64,000 nt of DNA from Eledone cirrhosa (lineage: Eukaryota), in the NCBI GenBank assembly GCA_964016885.1, contig OZ024740.1, positions 122,574,001 to 122,638,000 of the forward strand, read 5' to 3'. Below, piece after piece: positions 41,331 through 55,432 of this stretch. The stretch's first letter is position 1, and each line of letters opens with the position of its first letter. Under the pieces are notes generated by a model. The model saw only the letters and a program-made list of their open reading frames with translations. It had not been told where the DNA came from and made no database searches. Made by a program: the position numbers and the translations under genes.

Positions 41331-43115
41331 GATCATCCTGCCAAGGAGGCTTGGCTGCTATTTCTACCAGGTTTAGTGACCATGTAGATTTAGTAACCAT
41401 TATTAGCTCAAAGTCATATATGGGACAGGATAGGTTGCAATTTTTCTACTATGCTGTTTGTTTTTATATGCCTGAAGATTTATGAATGATCATAGTTTTG
41501 ATGAGCAAAGTGCACATTTTTAATTCCTTGGTATTTATTTTACATGCCTGGTAACTCAGCTTATAACATGAATGTTGTTAAGGAAACCTGCTTTGGTGTT
41601 AATGGTATCACTTGATCAGAGGAAAAAGTGCAGAACCCATAACATTTATCAATGACTCCAATCCTGGTTGGCAGATAGGAGTAAGTTACCTTTAGACTAT
41701 AGAGCAGGTTTGAATGCTTGAAAGAGTGTGGACTCTGCTAAAAGCACTCAAGTGACAAGTTCTGATATTAAACTTGGTGTTGAATTGGATTAAATCTACT
41801 ACACCAGAACAACCCTGCCAATAGGTTTCAATCTATTGGCAATATTTCCCTATACAACATTTCACTCATAAAACTGCCATAATTTTTCTGTTTTCCATCC
41901 TCCAGTTTTCTGAGAGGAACCTCACTTGGCATATGTTTTGTTTTGATTTCATATTTTCAGATGGATTAAGAAATGTTGTTTAAGTTATCCAAAAAGTGAT
42001 TAATTAATTTGCCTACAGTATATTGATAACCCTGCACACAGCACCATCTACACTGGAGGGGGAGAGAGCACAACATTGTTTCAAATGAATGGCGAAAATT
42101 AAGAAAGAAGTCAAACAGCATGTTCTGAATTATTGTATTCAAAATAAATAACATCAAAATCTCGTAAATTCGATATTATGCGAAATAATATGAGATAAAG
42201 CCTTTACTGTGAAAATACAATAGTATATAGAGAGTAATGTAATTGCTAAAGGGCTAAATATCTTAGTAATCTGTGCTACATATATATGATTTATGTTTGA
42301 GTTATTTATGCTTGTATATCTAGGGTACAGTATGTTGTAACAAGAAACAGAGCAGAATAAAAGTACTCGACCCTTATGTATGTAACTTTCCACTGCCCTT
42401 CATAATCTTAAGCTTACTCCAGCTGGTCCAGCTATCCCAACGCTTTGTTATTGTCTGCTAGATTTATATCAAACTTACTATAACAACAAACTAGACTGCC
42501 AATAAAATGTCTTCATCAGTATAATGTTGTGTACAACTTACAACCAATAAAAAACATTTGTTGATGTTTATAAAATTCACAAGTACTAACAGTATTAACA
42601 AGTTATAACAGTATGTGTATGTGTTGTAATCCAGAGAGAGAGTGAGTGAGTGAGATGCTTCATGTGGTTTGCAGATTGTTATGATTTGTGAAAAAGTTTA
42701 TCATGCCTTGTTTTCAATTTGTTTAACCACATTTTGTCCTGGTGTGCCTGTACTAGATATACGATCTTGTATTTGATTTCATTGTGCTATCAAGAGGGTG
42801 GATTGATAGTAGAATTGGTAGAGTGTCGGACAACGTGCTTTGTGGAATATATTTACATCCCTTAACATTCTGATTTCAAATACCATTAAGGTTAGCTTTG
42901 CCTTTCATCCGTATGGGGTCAATGAAATAAAGTACCAATGGTGTCAATTTAATCAATTTTCCCCCAAAGAGATTCTTAGTCTTGTACCTAAATCAGAAGT
43001 CATTATGTTATATGTTGACAAGTATGGGGTTTTTTCTGAGTGATGTTTCAGTAATATTATGCATTTGTCACTATCTCCTAGTATAGCAGCTAATTATTTC
43101 AGAATCAGAATAATG

Positions 43116-43314
43116 CAAGCCTGCCAAACTCAAAAAACATAAATGGGGAGTACCATGAAAATAAGAGCCCCAAAACAGGGAGAAATGAGGCAAAATGGGG
43201 AGATTTTACATAATAAATGCTATATCCATTTTCACAAGAGAAGACATCTCTCACCCACCCGAAACAAAGTGGGTGGGAGATCTCCCCGCCAGACAGGGAG
43301 AGTTTACAGGTCTG
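43116..43314. mobile_element. MITE-like element, copy 2
   Basis: Reverse-complement homologue of 24130-24325; ends CAAGCCTGCCAAAC / GTTTACAGGTCTG, with ATAATG on both flanks. Confidence 0.65.
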
Positions 43315-43574
43315 ATAATGGCAAAAGTTTGTTTACATTAACATTTCTATTATTTTCCATGAAGGTAGTATTACGGAGTAATAGAATTTAAAGATTTAAA
43401 CTTTTAATTATGCTAATCTTTCATTACTGTTCAGGTAAAACTAAACTTTCAGGCATGTTAAGAATTGGTTACTAGCTTCTCTTTAATCCAGTAAGCGAAA
43501 ATAAATTTAATTATAAATACCTCAAAATTATCATTCCAACTACATATTTATTTAGTTTCTGTAGTAATATATTG

Positions 43575-43830
43575 TGGAGGCATGTGGCCTAGTGGTAAGG
43601 GTTTTGGACTTGTGATGTTGTGGGCTCGGTTCCTGTGTTGCGTGTTGTGTTCTTGAGCAAAACACTTCATTTCACGTTGCTCCAGTATACTCACCTGAAA
43701 ATGAGTGCCAGCAATAGCTGGAGGTTTAACACTGCGATGGACTGTACTCTCAGTCGCTTCACGCTATGAAACTGGGATAAGCACTTGCCAAATGAGCCCT
43801 CTGGCTTAAGACGGACTTTAGACTTTTTTT
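43575..43830 (+). mobile_element. Full-length tRNA-derived SINE with 13-bp TSD
   Basis: TGGAGGCATGTGGCCTAGTGGTAAGG head, GCGATGGACT..AGTCGCTTCACGCTA..AAACTGGGATAAGC body (MetaSINE-like), TSD TAGTAATATATTG at 43562-43574 and 43831-43843. Confidence 0.9.
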
Positions 43831-46280
43831 TAGTAATATATTGAATTTGATCTCAAAAGATTTAATATCTTTATAATACAGAAAGCAATAATTTTAGCAA
43901 TAGCAAACTTAATATGTATCTTGTGTTATTTAAGATATATTTCAAAATGACAATTAACTCAGGCTATATAATTATCTTACAGATTTCAACAATTATCATG
44001 TGAATAAAAAAAATCATTCTGAAAAGTATATGATAAAGCATTAAGTAATTTGGGCAATTAAAGTAGATTGCATCATTGAAAGTAATTTATAATAGTTCGA
44101 ACCAACAGAAAAATAATGAAGAATTTTCTTAAAGTGTTTAGAAAATCCGTGGAATTTAGTATATTATTTGGAAAACTGAAATAGCATACAATATAATATA
44201 TTTATAAAATGATTAATTATAATTGATACTTTTCATTTGAGATAAGAAACACCTGTTTTATATTACTGACAACAGACAATCATAATTTATGAAACAACAA
44301 CATAGTATGTTTTTCAGATGATGATAATAACCAGATGCAGTCTGATGCATTGTTAAATAGGACCTATCCTGTAAATCATAATTGCAATTTGTATTTAGCA
44401 AAAGGAATATGGTTAAAGAATTTATTACTTGAAATTCATACACAGGTATTCACTTACTTTTATAAATAAAGGAATGGAAGCATTTTTCATGCAATACACA
44501 CATACTTTCCTAATGTAGAATGCCGAACCATAGTAACTATGAATTTGGATCCATATTACTCATATATATATTTGTTTGTGTTACTGTTTGTATCTGTTTT
44601 TATGTTGACAAAAACTTGATGAAGAAAATTAATACTAAAGTTAAAAAAGTAAAAGAAAAAAAAATCATAAAAACATTATATTTTTTCTTACCACATAGTC
44701 ATATCTGTTTAAATATTTTAATATCAAACTGACCCCCACAATCTTCTTTATCTATTTTAAAGTGTTGATATTTATCTAACATTTTTCGGTCATGATTTCA
44801 TGTAATAAGTTTTGTTAAGTTATACTCCAAACACCAGCTTAATAATGGGGAAGATATATTATTAAATATCTGTTAATTACTGATTATTTTCATCATTAAT
44901 TGCAAATCCTTAGAAATGTTGTTTGCAAAGGACTGATTTTGTAATGCTCATTGGATTAAATATGTTAACACTAGCTTGTAAATTCAGTTTCATGTACATG
45001 GCATCATGAAATATCTAATTTAAAAAAAATTATTTTCTCTATGCAAACCAACCTGCAATCATGTATATTATTTTAGTTATGTCATCACTACTTAAGCAAA
45101 TATGTTGAAGGTTATGTTTTGCCGAAAAAAACAGAATGAATCGCAAACAAGTTAAGAGTTATCTCCTGTACGTGTCAAACAAAAAGGAAATAGAAAACAA
45201 AAAATACATAAATAATATTAGATGTTGATTATCATTATTTTTAACTTACTGCATAATTATTCTTAATTAGCATTTTAAAGAACTCTGCATTAGATATAGT
45301 GCAGCTTTATATAGTGGCAGCATATATATATATATATGCACATACAGTCAATTGTATAAATACACATACACAAAGACAGATGGACATGTACACCAACACC
45401 TAAACATATAGACACAGCTGTTTCAAAAGTCATTACACAAAACCATAAAACAATTTTCAATTGCCATACTTATACTCTGATGCAATATGTCTCTTTTGAG
45501 TTTTTATTTTGAAGACTTCACTTAGTTCTTAATCAAGTTTGATTATAATGTCAGTTGACAGGGATGGCATGAGCTGTATGCAGCTAAAAATGGTTACCTA
45601 TTCAAACCACAAATTTATGATTTGCATGTTCAACTTAGAAAAAATACATAGACAGTTTCTGTTGTATAGATAAGGTGCATTGTGTAAGATACAAAGGGAT
45701 GAATTCTGTTTAGTGAGCCTGAACGACAGAAGTGCAGTGTGAAAATAAAGTCAGGATTTCATTTTTGATGGAATGAAAAGGGTGTATGCTGTTTGATTCC
45801 AAGCCCAACTGCCAGGCTTACATGACTGGGGATATTCATTTTATGCTACCAGCTGCAGTAGATGACTACCAAGACCGTAGTAAATATGCCAGGAATGTAG
45901 AAGTATATTTAATATAGCAAACCATCCCCTCTGGACACTGTGTCTCTCACACAATTGCTCAGCTTGTCCGCCACCTTCTCTGCTGAGATTATGTTTTGCA
46001 AAATCCACATCACTGGATGTGATCTGTGGCCAGCTGTTGAGGTAGCAAATGAAGTCATTGTTTTCCTGTCAATTGCTCCTTGCAAATAGTTTGGCTATGT
46101 ATTGCTGAGAAAGCACACACATTTGCTCAGGATTTTATGCCCCCTCTGTCATTAGAGATCAAATTGTGGGCCTGCACCAGAGGTGTAGCTTTGCTGCATT
46201 GTACTGTTACTTGGGGGACACATTGTATATTGTAATGCTTTAACTGTGTACCATGTTATTTGTGCGTGCGCGCGCGCGCG

Positions 46281-46282
<2 letters not shown>

Positions 46283-46365
<83 letters not shown>

Positions 46366-46378
46366 GTGCGCGTGTGTG
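46283..46378. repeat. (GT)n microsatellite preceded by (GC)n
   Basis: Direct reading. Confidence 0.95.
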
Positions 46379-47329
46379 TCTATCCATATTTTGCATCTGT
46401 TTGCTTGAACATTTTGTCTTGTTTTAATTGATATTGTTTAGCTGCAATTTCAGTAAAATGTTTTATCAATTTTGAATAGCCTGCAAATAAGTGTATGAAA
46501 TGCTCATGTTATTTGGACATTTCAAACAGAAGAAATCTAAATAATGCCCACAGTTTTAACAAGGTCTGACAGCTACATGACTTCACTAAATTGTGACTAA
46601 GGAACAATAATCCAGTTACATTGAATTTATGCTTTAATTTGAGGGGAAAACCCACATCTTGAGCACATTTAAAGAAAGCTTGAATATCTTTATGATGAAT
46701 CCATTTAATTTCAACTTATATCATCAAAGTAAGGAGCTACCAAATTTTAAGTCCTTAACAAATTCTGTCATTACACATTACTCTGACAAAACTTCATTTG
46801 TAATGCCAACACACAATCACATTAATTGGAATAACTTTTTATTTGTTTCAAAGACTGTAAAATGCTTACGGGGAAGCTAGGACACATGATAGTATAATGA
46901 ATGAAGGTCAACAGTACTGAAATAACAATTTACAGGAATACTATTCAAAAAATTACTAATGAGTGGAATGGAAATGCATTAGCTGTTTCTATTAATAGTC
47001 GACTTGTACTCAACCACCATTTTTGTTGAGAGCTTGAGACTTCAATGACGATTTTAAGACAAAATTATTCACCAAATAGTAGTTTATTAATTTTGACTTT
47101 AATAAATTTACTGTCTACAAAATAAAGTTTCTGAAAGAAGCACATATGAGGATTGCTTCCACAAATATTTCCAAACTTGCATCAGTGATTTTATATAAAT
47201 AGTAATTTCCTTTTTGGCCACGAGGGCTGAAACAGAGTAAAATACAAAAAATAAATGGACAGTGGGTATTTTTTACAAATAGCTTTAAAAAACGTAAAAA
47301 AAAGCGTAAGTAACATATAACAATTAACA

Positions 47330-47690
47330 AGAAATTGTTAACAAATTCCCCAATGGAGGAAAATACCACCCAGGGGGACTTAGAAACTCCACAGATCCTA
47401 AACCACTTTAATTGCCATGAACAGGTGCCCCTCTCCTCTCTCCAGCCTACAGGCTGTTCAGAGAAGTCCTATTCACTGAAGCCATCGTTGCTACATTCAG
47501 CCTCCTTTTTACCAAGTGTACTGAGGGGCAGCACCTCCCCTCTACTCTCAATTTTCTTTCCATATTAAACTTGAAAAAGTTGACGAGGGTTTGGCAAAAG
47601 AGGAAAGTGTCTGTCATCAGTTCTTTCAGCCACATCCACAACGCAATCTATTTTGCCACAGTTACTAGACAGAGGAAAACTGTTAGTCTT
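47330..47690 (-). mobile_element. 3' fragment of a Tx1/L1-like LINE related to the 55-61 kb element
   Basis: TDTFLFCQTLVNFFKFNMERKLRVE aligns with TDTFLFGQSLINFFKFHLERKVRVE in ORF 55433-55822. Confidence 0.8.
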
Positions 47691-48154
47691 TCCCAGCCAA
47701 AAAAAGTTTGGTATGTAAAAAGCTAATCAGCCGATGTATACTTTAGAAAATATCATATATTCTCAAGAGTTCTAGTGAGTGACAGAAAGAGATACACAAA
47801 CTTGACAAAGGGCAATAACCCAGTAACAACCTAGGAAAAGTATAAACAAGTTTATGGTATTTTTAAAAGTATAATATGTTAAAGGTTTTTTTTTTAAATT
47901 TAATTTGTGAAATCACATGGACTATTTGTTAGTATTACATACAGTATGTCACTTTTCAACATTACCATCTTTGTCAGCCATAACTTTTGGAATCATTTCA
48001 GGCGCTACAAAAGTATTTTGATTGCATCTTTTTTCAATTTAAGTATATTAAAATACTTTGTAGCTTAAACTCTTAAAAGCCCTTGAAAATATGTTGAAAT
48101 ACATATTCTCCAAGATTATTTAAGGGAATCTCTACAATTACTGCTATACACATT

Positions 48155-48576
48155 AATAATTGATTCTACTTTTGGCACAAGGCCAACAATTAACTCAATG
48201 TATTTCTGTTGCTTTATTTTATTAACCATGTAAAGATGAAAGGCAAAATTAAACTCAGCAGGATTTCAACTAATAATTGTTTCTACTGTTGGCACAAGGC
48301 CAGCAATTATCCCAGTGCATTACAGGTACTTTATTTTATCGCCCCCGTGAGGACGAAGGGCAAAGTTAACATCGGCTTTGAACTAATAAGTGTTTCTACA
48401 TTTGGCACAAGGCCAGCAATTACTCAGTGCATTACTGGTACTTTATTTTATCGGCCCCATAATGATGAAAGGCAAAGTTAAGCTTGGCAGGATTTGAACT
48501 CAGAATGGCAAAGGCCGTAACTCTATGCGTCAAAGCATAGCGTCCGACCCTCTACCAATACTGCCAATCCACTGCC
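48155..48576 (-). mobile_element. SINE with triplicated core/3' unit of about 115 bp
   Basis: GGCACAAGGCCA..CTTTATTTTAT..GA(A/T)GAA(A/G)GGCAAA..TTT(C/G)AACT occurs three times, with one tRNA-like head at the right end. Confidence 0.8.
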
Positions 48577-48849
48577 AATGGATTGAAATAATAATGGGAA
48601 ATATTTTGCTGCCAATTTTAAAGGCTGCTAAAACAGTGTTGGAAGTAGCATTGTTTTCCATTTTTCTTTATCTGTCTTTCTACCTTCACAACATAAACAT
48701 CTTAATATCATAAAAAGAGCAATAGAATTGATTACCTGTATGTAAAAAGAATTTTTTGAATTTATTTTATTTTCACAATTTAGCTACTAAGCTGCAAATA
48801 TCCAATGACAATTACATTCATTTATATCTTGCAATATTATAAAGGGTAT

Positions 48850-49060
48850 GTAGCTTGGCAATACTGACAGAGAGATGGACAATGATTTACGGTATATAGT
48901 TACCTCCCTTTATATTCTGAGTTCAAATCTTGTCACGGTTAGTTTTGCATTTCATCCTTATGTGGTCGACAAAATAAAGTACCAGTATTGCACTGGGATC
49001 TGTTTAATTGACTTTCATCTCCCTCAAGATTGATGGCCTTGTGCCTAAACTGGAAACCAA
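48850..49060 (+). mobile_element. SINE of the same CORE-like family
   Basis: CTGAGTTCAAATC..TTTCATCCTTATGTGGTCGACAAAATAAAGTACCAGT..GGCCTTGTGCC. Confidence 0.7.
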
Positions 49061-50939
49061 TGTTACAATAGCATTCGAACATAGTCTGCACTTACCTTTA
49101 AAAATTAACAAATATTTTTGAAATAATCAATGTGTTCAGTATTTTCAAAAACATCAAATATATAATCAAATATGCTATGCTGCCTGCCGTACAATACATA
49201 ATATAACCAATTAAGAAAACTATTTGCATCACAGGACTGTCCATAAACAATTTCAACTTTTTAATAATATTTCTCTCAATAAGTAGATAAATTATCCTGT
49301 TAAATCTCTAGTTCATCATTCATTAAATATACATGCATATGTTACATTTTTATAATTACATTAAACTGCATTCTTCTGATTTTCATATACTGAAGCATGT
49401 ATTGTTATCTGTAATAATATCATCACTTACACACACATACATATATACATACGCACACTCACACACACAATTGTCACTTATTTTTCTCTTTCTAAATGAT
49501 ATAAAATTTCCTTTCCTCCTTCGCTAATTTCTTTCTTACTTCTTTATAAATCCACACTCACTATTTTTCATTATCTCACTTTATTCCTCTTTATATTTTC
49601 ATTATGTCTTCAACCAAATACTTATTCCTTTCAGTATTTTTCAGTATCTCTTTTCTTTCATTTACTTACATGCTTAATCTCAATTATTCATAATTTAAAA
49701 GTCATCTAATATAGCAATGGAATTTAATTTATTGATATTTTCATCATATATATCTGTGTGTGTGTATGCATATATGTGTGAGAGAGAGTAAGAAAGAGAT
49801 AGATTATGTGTATCAATAAGTGTGTGTGTATTAATAAATGTATAATTATGCATATGTATTATTATAGCTAATCATATTTATGAGCATATAAATATATATG
49901 TCCATTTTTATACATATTGGATTATATATAAAATTTGTTTTGATGATGTAGCTTTCTAAGCATGATATTTTAAGAGGTGATTTAAGGGCATTTCTGCATT
50001 TCTAATTGCTTAGCAACATAAATGATGTGTAAATCCTCATCGTTTTCAATTCTAAATTGAATTTCCTAATGGAGCAGTGGTCAAATAAACCTCCATACCT
50101 CCAGCTGGTGCTATGATACACTCTGTGCTATGGCCCAATACACTCTGTAAAATGGTTGAATTTATGAAGAGTATTCAGCTCTAGAATTCATGTCAAAATG
50201 CTGGTATGTGTGAGCTTCACATAGTCCCAAACTCACCTAGTATGGCACTAACTAGGAATAAGAACTCAAACTTTGATGTTCTCTCCAGCTCTGACAAACA
50301 AGGATATTGGATGTAAATTGATGAAGATATATTACATCTACCATTTCTATGCCATTATTGGGTAATGACTTCCCCATATTTTACCATGACTTTAGACTTA
50401 ATACTTATGGAGAAAAGCAACTCTTATATATGTATGGTTGAATTAGTGTCAATGAATTTGAGGCAAGGTGTATTGAAAAGCTAGCAAGATCTAACTATGT
50501 AGTGTGGAAGAAAAAAACATTATAAAGTCACTGACTATTATTCTTTCACTGATTTTGGCATGTACTCTTGGGTCCCAAATAATAGGGGGTGGAATAAATA
50601 GTGGATGTGTGTGTGTGTGTGTGTGGAATAAACAAAGATGGAGGAAAAAAGCAGAACAGTTGAACTTTTGCTTCAAATTTTATTGGGTTTAGGAAATCAG
50701 TAAGTGTTGGATGTACATTTGTAAATATGGGATTTCTTGTAATGTTCTTTTTTGTCATATATAATGTTCTTTAAATGTAAAATAAAATTATTATTAGATT
50801 CACCAGTTGCTGTATCAATAAAGTTTCACTGAAGATAGATTCGCAAAAGTTAATAAGTGGGATGGGGTGCAATAAAAGTTGTGGGGTTGGAAAAAATGTA
50901 AAAATATGAATAAGTGAGGACGAAAAAAAATTCAGGTTC

Positions 50940-51210
50940 TACTGCACGTCGGGCTGAGGAGGCCAAACTCCTAAAATACTGGTCACACTCTGACAGGTTC
51001 GTGGTTGTACCCTTGGCACTACGGCCCTAGGGCTACCTCCCTACTCACCACCATAAGCACTGAGCTGGCCAGCCGTAGGCGTGAGCCCCACGAGTTGGAG
51101 TGGCTTTTCCAGCCCGTCTCCCTTGCTGTCCTCCGGGGAAACGCCTTCTACATTCTGTCTGCTGGGGTTATGGGGAGACAAGCCTATCATATTACGAATT
51201 CTGTTGAATA
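50940..51210 (+). mobile_element. CRE-like LINE 3' fragment (restriction-like endonuclease end)
   Basis: ARRAEEAKLLKY..VVP..YGP..LASRRREPHELEWLFQPVSLAVLRGNA matches the CRE/RLE C-terminal pattern. It is a GC-rich island after an A run. Confidence 0.7.
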
Positions 51211-52055
51211 GTCTTAAATACGATTATTAAATGCATTTGATAGTAACCGTTGACTATCTGTCATGCGATATAACTTTTTTGTTTTTGTTTTTTTTTTAAC
51301 TCAAAGCCAACAGAAGTTTTTAATAAGTGAGTGGGGACGATTATTCAAGACCTGAGAGTTCAAGAAAGAATTCTGAATGTGTGACATTTCTATTATGACC
51401 ACATCAGTAAAGTATAAACGTCCTCACATTTATTTATTTTTATATACATATATGTGTGTGTGAGTTTATATGTCTGTGTGTTTCTAAGTGTATCTGTCTG
51501 TGTTTTTGTGTGTATCCACACACACATACACACACTTATCTTTATATTTAGTTAACTCTTAACAACCAGTAATGATTTAGCAGAAATGTGTAAAAACAAA
51601 TTTGGTAATTCATATTTTTATAATATCTTTAGTAGTGAAGAGAATCAAGACTATTTTATAAGAATGTAATGGTAGGTCTTTGGCAAGCAGATGGTTTGAA
51701 CTATTGTTGATGTTTCATTTTAATCCTTTTATTTAAGTTTAACTACACCCACCCAAATTTCACCTATGCTAACGTAGGAGAGTGATAAAACTCAACATAT
51801 AACACTTACCCATGAGAGCTAGTAACAACTGTATTCAGCATCATGTCTTTTTAACATTCACATCAATGGAGCTAGAATAATTGCACACGTGTCATTCATT
51901 TTATAATCGTTTTATATGGAAAAAGCTATTTATATATATATAAAAAGCTATTTATATATATATACAAGCAGGGAAAAGCGGACGTAAAATGATGTTGATG
52001 ATGATGATGATGATATATATAAATGCTGAAATATATCCACAGTTCCACACATATG

Positions 52056-52093
<38 letters not shown>

Positions 52094-52504
52094 CAAATAT
52101 ATCGTTATCATCATCATCATCATTTAATGTCCCCTTTCCCTGCTACCAAAGTTTAGGTGGGATGTCAGAAAACTTTGTTGGTATTCAAAGGAGATGTAGT
52201 AATCTCACAATAAGCTGGGAGCCTTCATCTCACATTCTATTAGCCTGTGACATGCACACATATAATCTCATTTGATACAAAGATGGCTGTACTTGGTTAA
52301 TGATACTGGAATCAAATTCCTTTCTGTGCAGCAGTCTGCCTATAACAGTGGTTATTAAAAATGTTATATGCAGAGAATTGACTGATACCAGTAGATATTA
52401 CACAATTAGGTCATTCTGCGTTTCATCAGCAGGAGAAAGCCATCACAATATAGTGGTATGCAAAGTGAACATGCCCACATACTCACACACACACATACAC
52501 ACTT

Positions 52505-53190
52505 ATTCCTGAGAGGGTCATGGGAGCAGAATCCTCAGACACAATTTCCAACAGGTCCTGTTAGAAGCAACCATTTTCAGCTCATCCAGCTGGATCCCCA
52601 AGCAATACCAGTCAAACTCATGGATGTTATCCAACCATCTTGCTTGAGGTCAAAGCCTAGGTCTCCTACTGGGTGGTTTTGTCTGTAAAATCTGTCCAGC
52701 GATTCTTTCCTGTGACATTCTAACCACATGCCCATAGTATCGGAGTTGTGATCGCCGAGCTTCACACTCTATCAAGTAATGTTTCTCAAAGTGCTCTTCA
52801 GAACGACTCTCTTTTGAGTGCTTGTATTCATGATTGTATTCTTTTGATCATTACCCAAGATTCATGACCATAGGTATGCGTTGGCACGAATATTGAATTG
52901 AAGATAGTGAGTTTGGCTTTTATGCCTATCTCCCTTCTTCTGATTACTGAATGCTGAAGTTTGTGCATAACTGCACAATCTCCTGCAATTCTTGCACTTA
53001 ATTCTGCCTCCTGCCTTCCATCACTCGTGAACTTCTCTACCTACTTCAGTGGAACTCCATTTATATGTAGCATGCACTGTGCAGGTGTCTTTGAGAGGAC
53101 GGATACCTCAGTTTTCACACCACCTATTTTCATTCCAGCCATGCAGCAGTCGTATCCAACCTATTAATTGCAATTTGGAGATCACCTTCT
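52505..53190 (-). mobile_element. RTE/Rex3-like LINE 3' fragment
   Basis: IFNSIFVPTHTYGHESWVM..IQA and RSQLRYYGHVVRMSQERIA..RP..RWLDNI..W..LGI across frameshifts. Confidence 0.75.
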
Positions 53191-53196
53191 GTGAGC

Positions 53197-53237
<41 letters not shown>

Positions 53238-54004
53238 CACAACCACACACACATATATATGTATATATATGTACAAAGCCTTATTTTGAGTTCCCGTATG
53301 TTTAATTCACAAAGAAATAATGGAGCACCAACTACATTCCGAGTCATTGTGCACTTTCAATGCTTGAATATCCCCTATGTAATTGAACTGAAATTGCACA
53401 GCCTCAGATTATGTGCATCTATCTACCATGTGCTTGTGAGTATGTGCATGTATATGTGAGTAAGTGTATGTTTTTTGTGTTTGTATAAATGAAACCTATA
53501 CACTCACCAACTTTCAGCTTAATATCTCTCATGAATTTTTGTGTTATTTATTTTTCTTGTCCTATATTTTGAAAAGTCTTTGACTAGATTATTAAATCTG
53601 ATTGCATATTTTGTGGAATTAATGAGAGTTTATATAAATGTCTGTAAAATGATTGCGATTTAATATAATTATATTCAGTTTATGTATGTTTCATATTTTT
53701 TAATCTAGATTCTAATTTCATAAAAATGTACATGATTGATAATTAACTAAATGGTTGCTACCTTTGGTTAGAATAATATATTTACTCTTTCTTCTCATAC
53801 TTCTTGATTTTGTCATTTTTTATTTTTATTTTTTTATTTTTTTATTTTTGTTTATTTTTGGAGGTGAATGGTTGCATTTCTTTGACATGTTTTTTTTTTA
53901 TTTTTCTAATAATGTTTAAATCCTATACATCTCAAATTATTGTAATTATTATTATTATTATAATTATTACTATTATTATTATTGTTGTTGTCATTGTTAT
54001 GACT

Positions 54005-55125
54005 ATTATTAGGTACAGTGCGGGAATTCTGAAATGGAATGTTACTGAATAAAAAGAAATGGACAGAAAGACTAGGAAGATAATGACTATCTACAACATG
54101 TTCCACAAGAGGAGTGATGTTGATAAACTCTACTTAAAGAGATTTGAAGGTGGAAGAGGTCTTATCAGCATAGAGGACTGTGTTTAGATGGAAAAAAACA
54201 CTCTGCACAAATATGTGTCTGACACTAGCGAGCCAATGCTCAAAATTGTACTGAAAGAGAAGACAATAGACCAGGGGATGTCCAAGGAAGAAATAACAGC
54301 GGGGAGGAAGAGCAACTTTCATGAAAAAATCCCTCCAGAATTCAGAGATCCATAGACATGGAACTGGTTAAGAAGAGGAGACCTTAACAAATTTACAGAA
54401 GGAATGCTAATGGCTGCACAAGAGCAAGCCCTCAGAACAAAGTGAAACACTATATTGACAAGGTGGAGGCTAACTCACTGTGTAGGATCTGTGGAGAGAG
54501 AGAGGAGACTTGCTCACATTGTATCTGAGTGTAAACACCTAGCCCAGACTCACTATAAAGGCTGGAGACATGATATGATAGGAAGGGTGATTCACTGGCA
54601 TATATCCAAACTAAACAATTTACCACATTCTGAGACGTAGTATGAGCATAAGCCAGAGTCAGTGATAGAAAACGATCAGGTGAAGGTGCTATGGGATTTT
54701 AGGATACAGACGGACAAAAATTAGAACAGAACAGGCCTGACCTAGTGGTTTTTGACAAGGAAAAAAGATTGTGCCTGATTGTAGATGTAGCTTGCCCATT
54801 TGATACGGGAGTACAAGAGAAGGAGAGGGAGAAATTAACCAATACCAGGATTTAAAGTGGGAGCTAAAAAGGATTTGGAACTGCCATAAGATCAAGGTCA
54901 TCCCGATTGTCATAGGAGCACTAGATACTATCTCAAGGATTTTCCAAGGATGGTTAAAGAACATTAGTCCAACCCCGTTTTATGGAACACTTCAAAAGAC
55001 ATGCTTGCTGGGAACAGCAAGAACCCTCCTATACGTCCTGAATATCTGAGGCTGCAGGTAACGGCTTGATATTCATTCCAACAAACTTTCCAGTTAAATA
55101 ACCTCAATGACTGAGACTCAAAGAA
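54005..55125 (+). mobile_element. 5'-truncated R4/Dong-like LINE (thumb, CCHC, RLE) ending in (TAA)n
   Basis: RYSAGILKW..MDRKTRKIMT..LYLKRFEGGRGL, AAQEQALRT, CRICGE..HIVSEC..WRHD, LWDFRIQTD..NRPDLVV..IVDVACP..EK..YQDL..VIPIVIGAL; contains stops and frameshifts. Confidence 0.9.
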
Positions 55126-55432
55126 CAATAATAATAATAATAATAATAATAATGATTTCATTTATTAGCCACAAGCGCCGCCAAGTAGGCAACAATATAA
55201 AGACAAGGACAGTGGGGGTTTACAATAAGGTCGAGTAAAAGTGCACAATGGCAAGACTAATTTAACAATGAAGATATAAAAATATAAAATAAACTATGCA
55301 TAAATATAACAAAATAAATTCCCTGATAGGGGGTGGACGAGCCTGGAGTGACTCAAGTACCCCACCAATCCTGAACAACCCTGCGCTTCTAGGGCACCCA
55401 GGGAGAGCACCCCTCTCCTGAAGTTAGCTAGC

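Noticed and set aside
42038-42062. CTCF-like motif GTAGATGGTGC on the minus strand
   Set aside because: Only a partial match, expected by chance in 64 kb.
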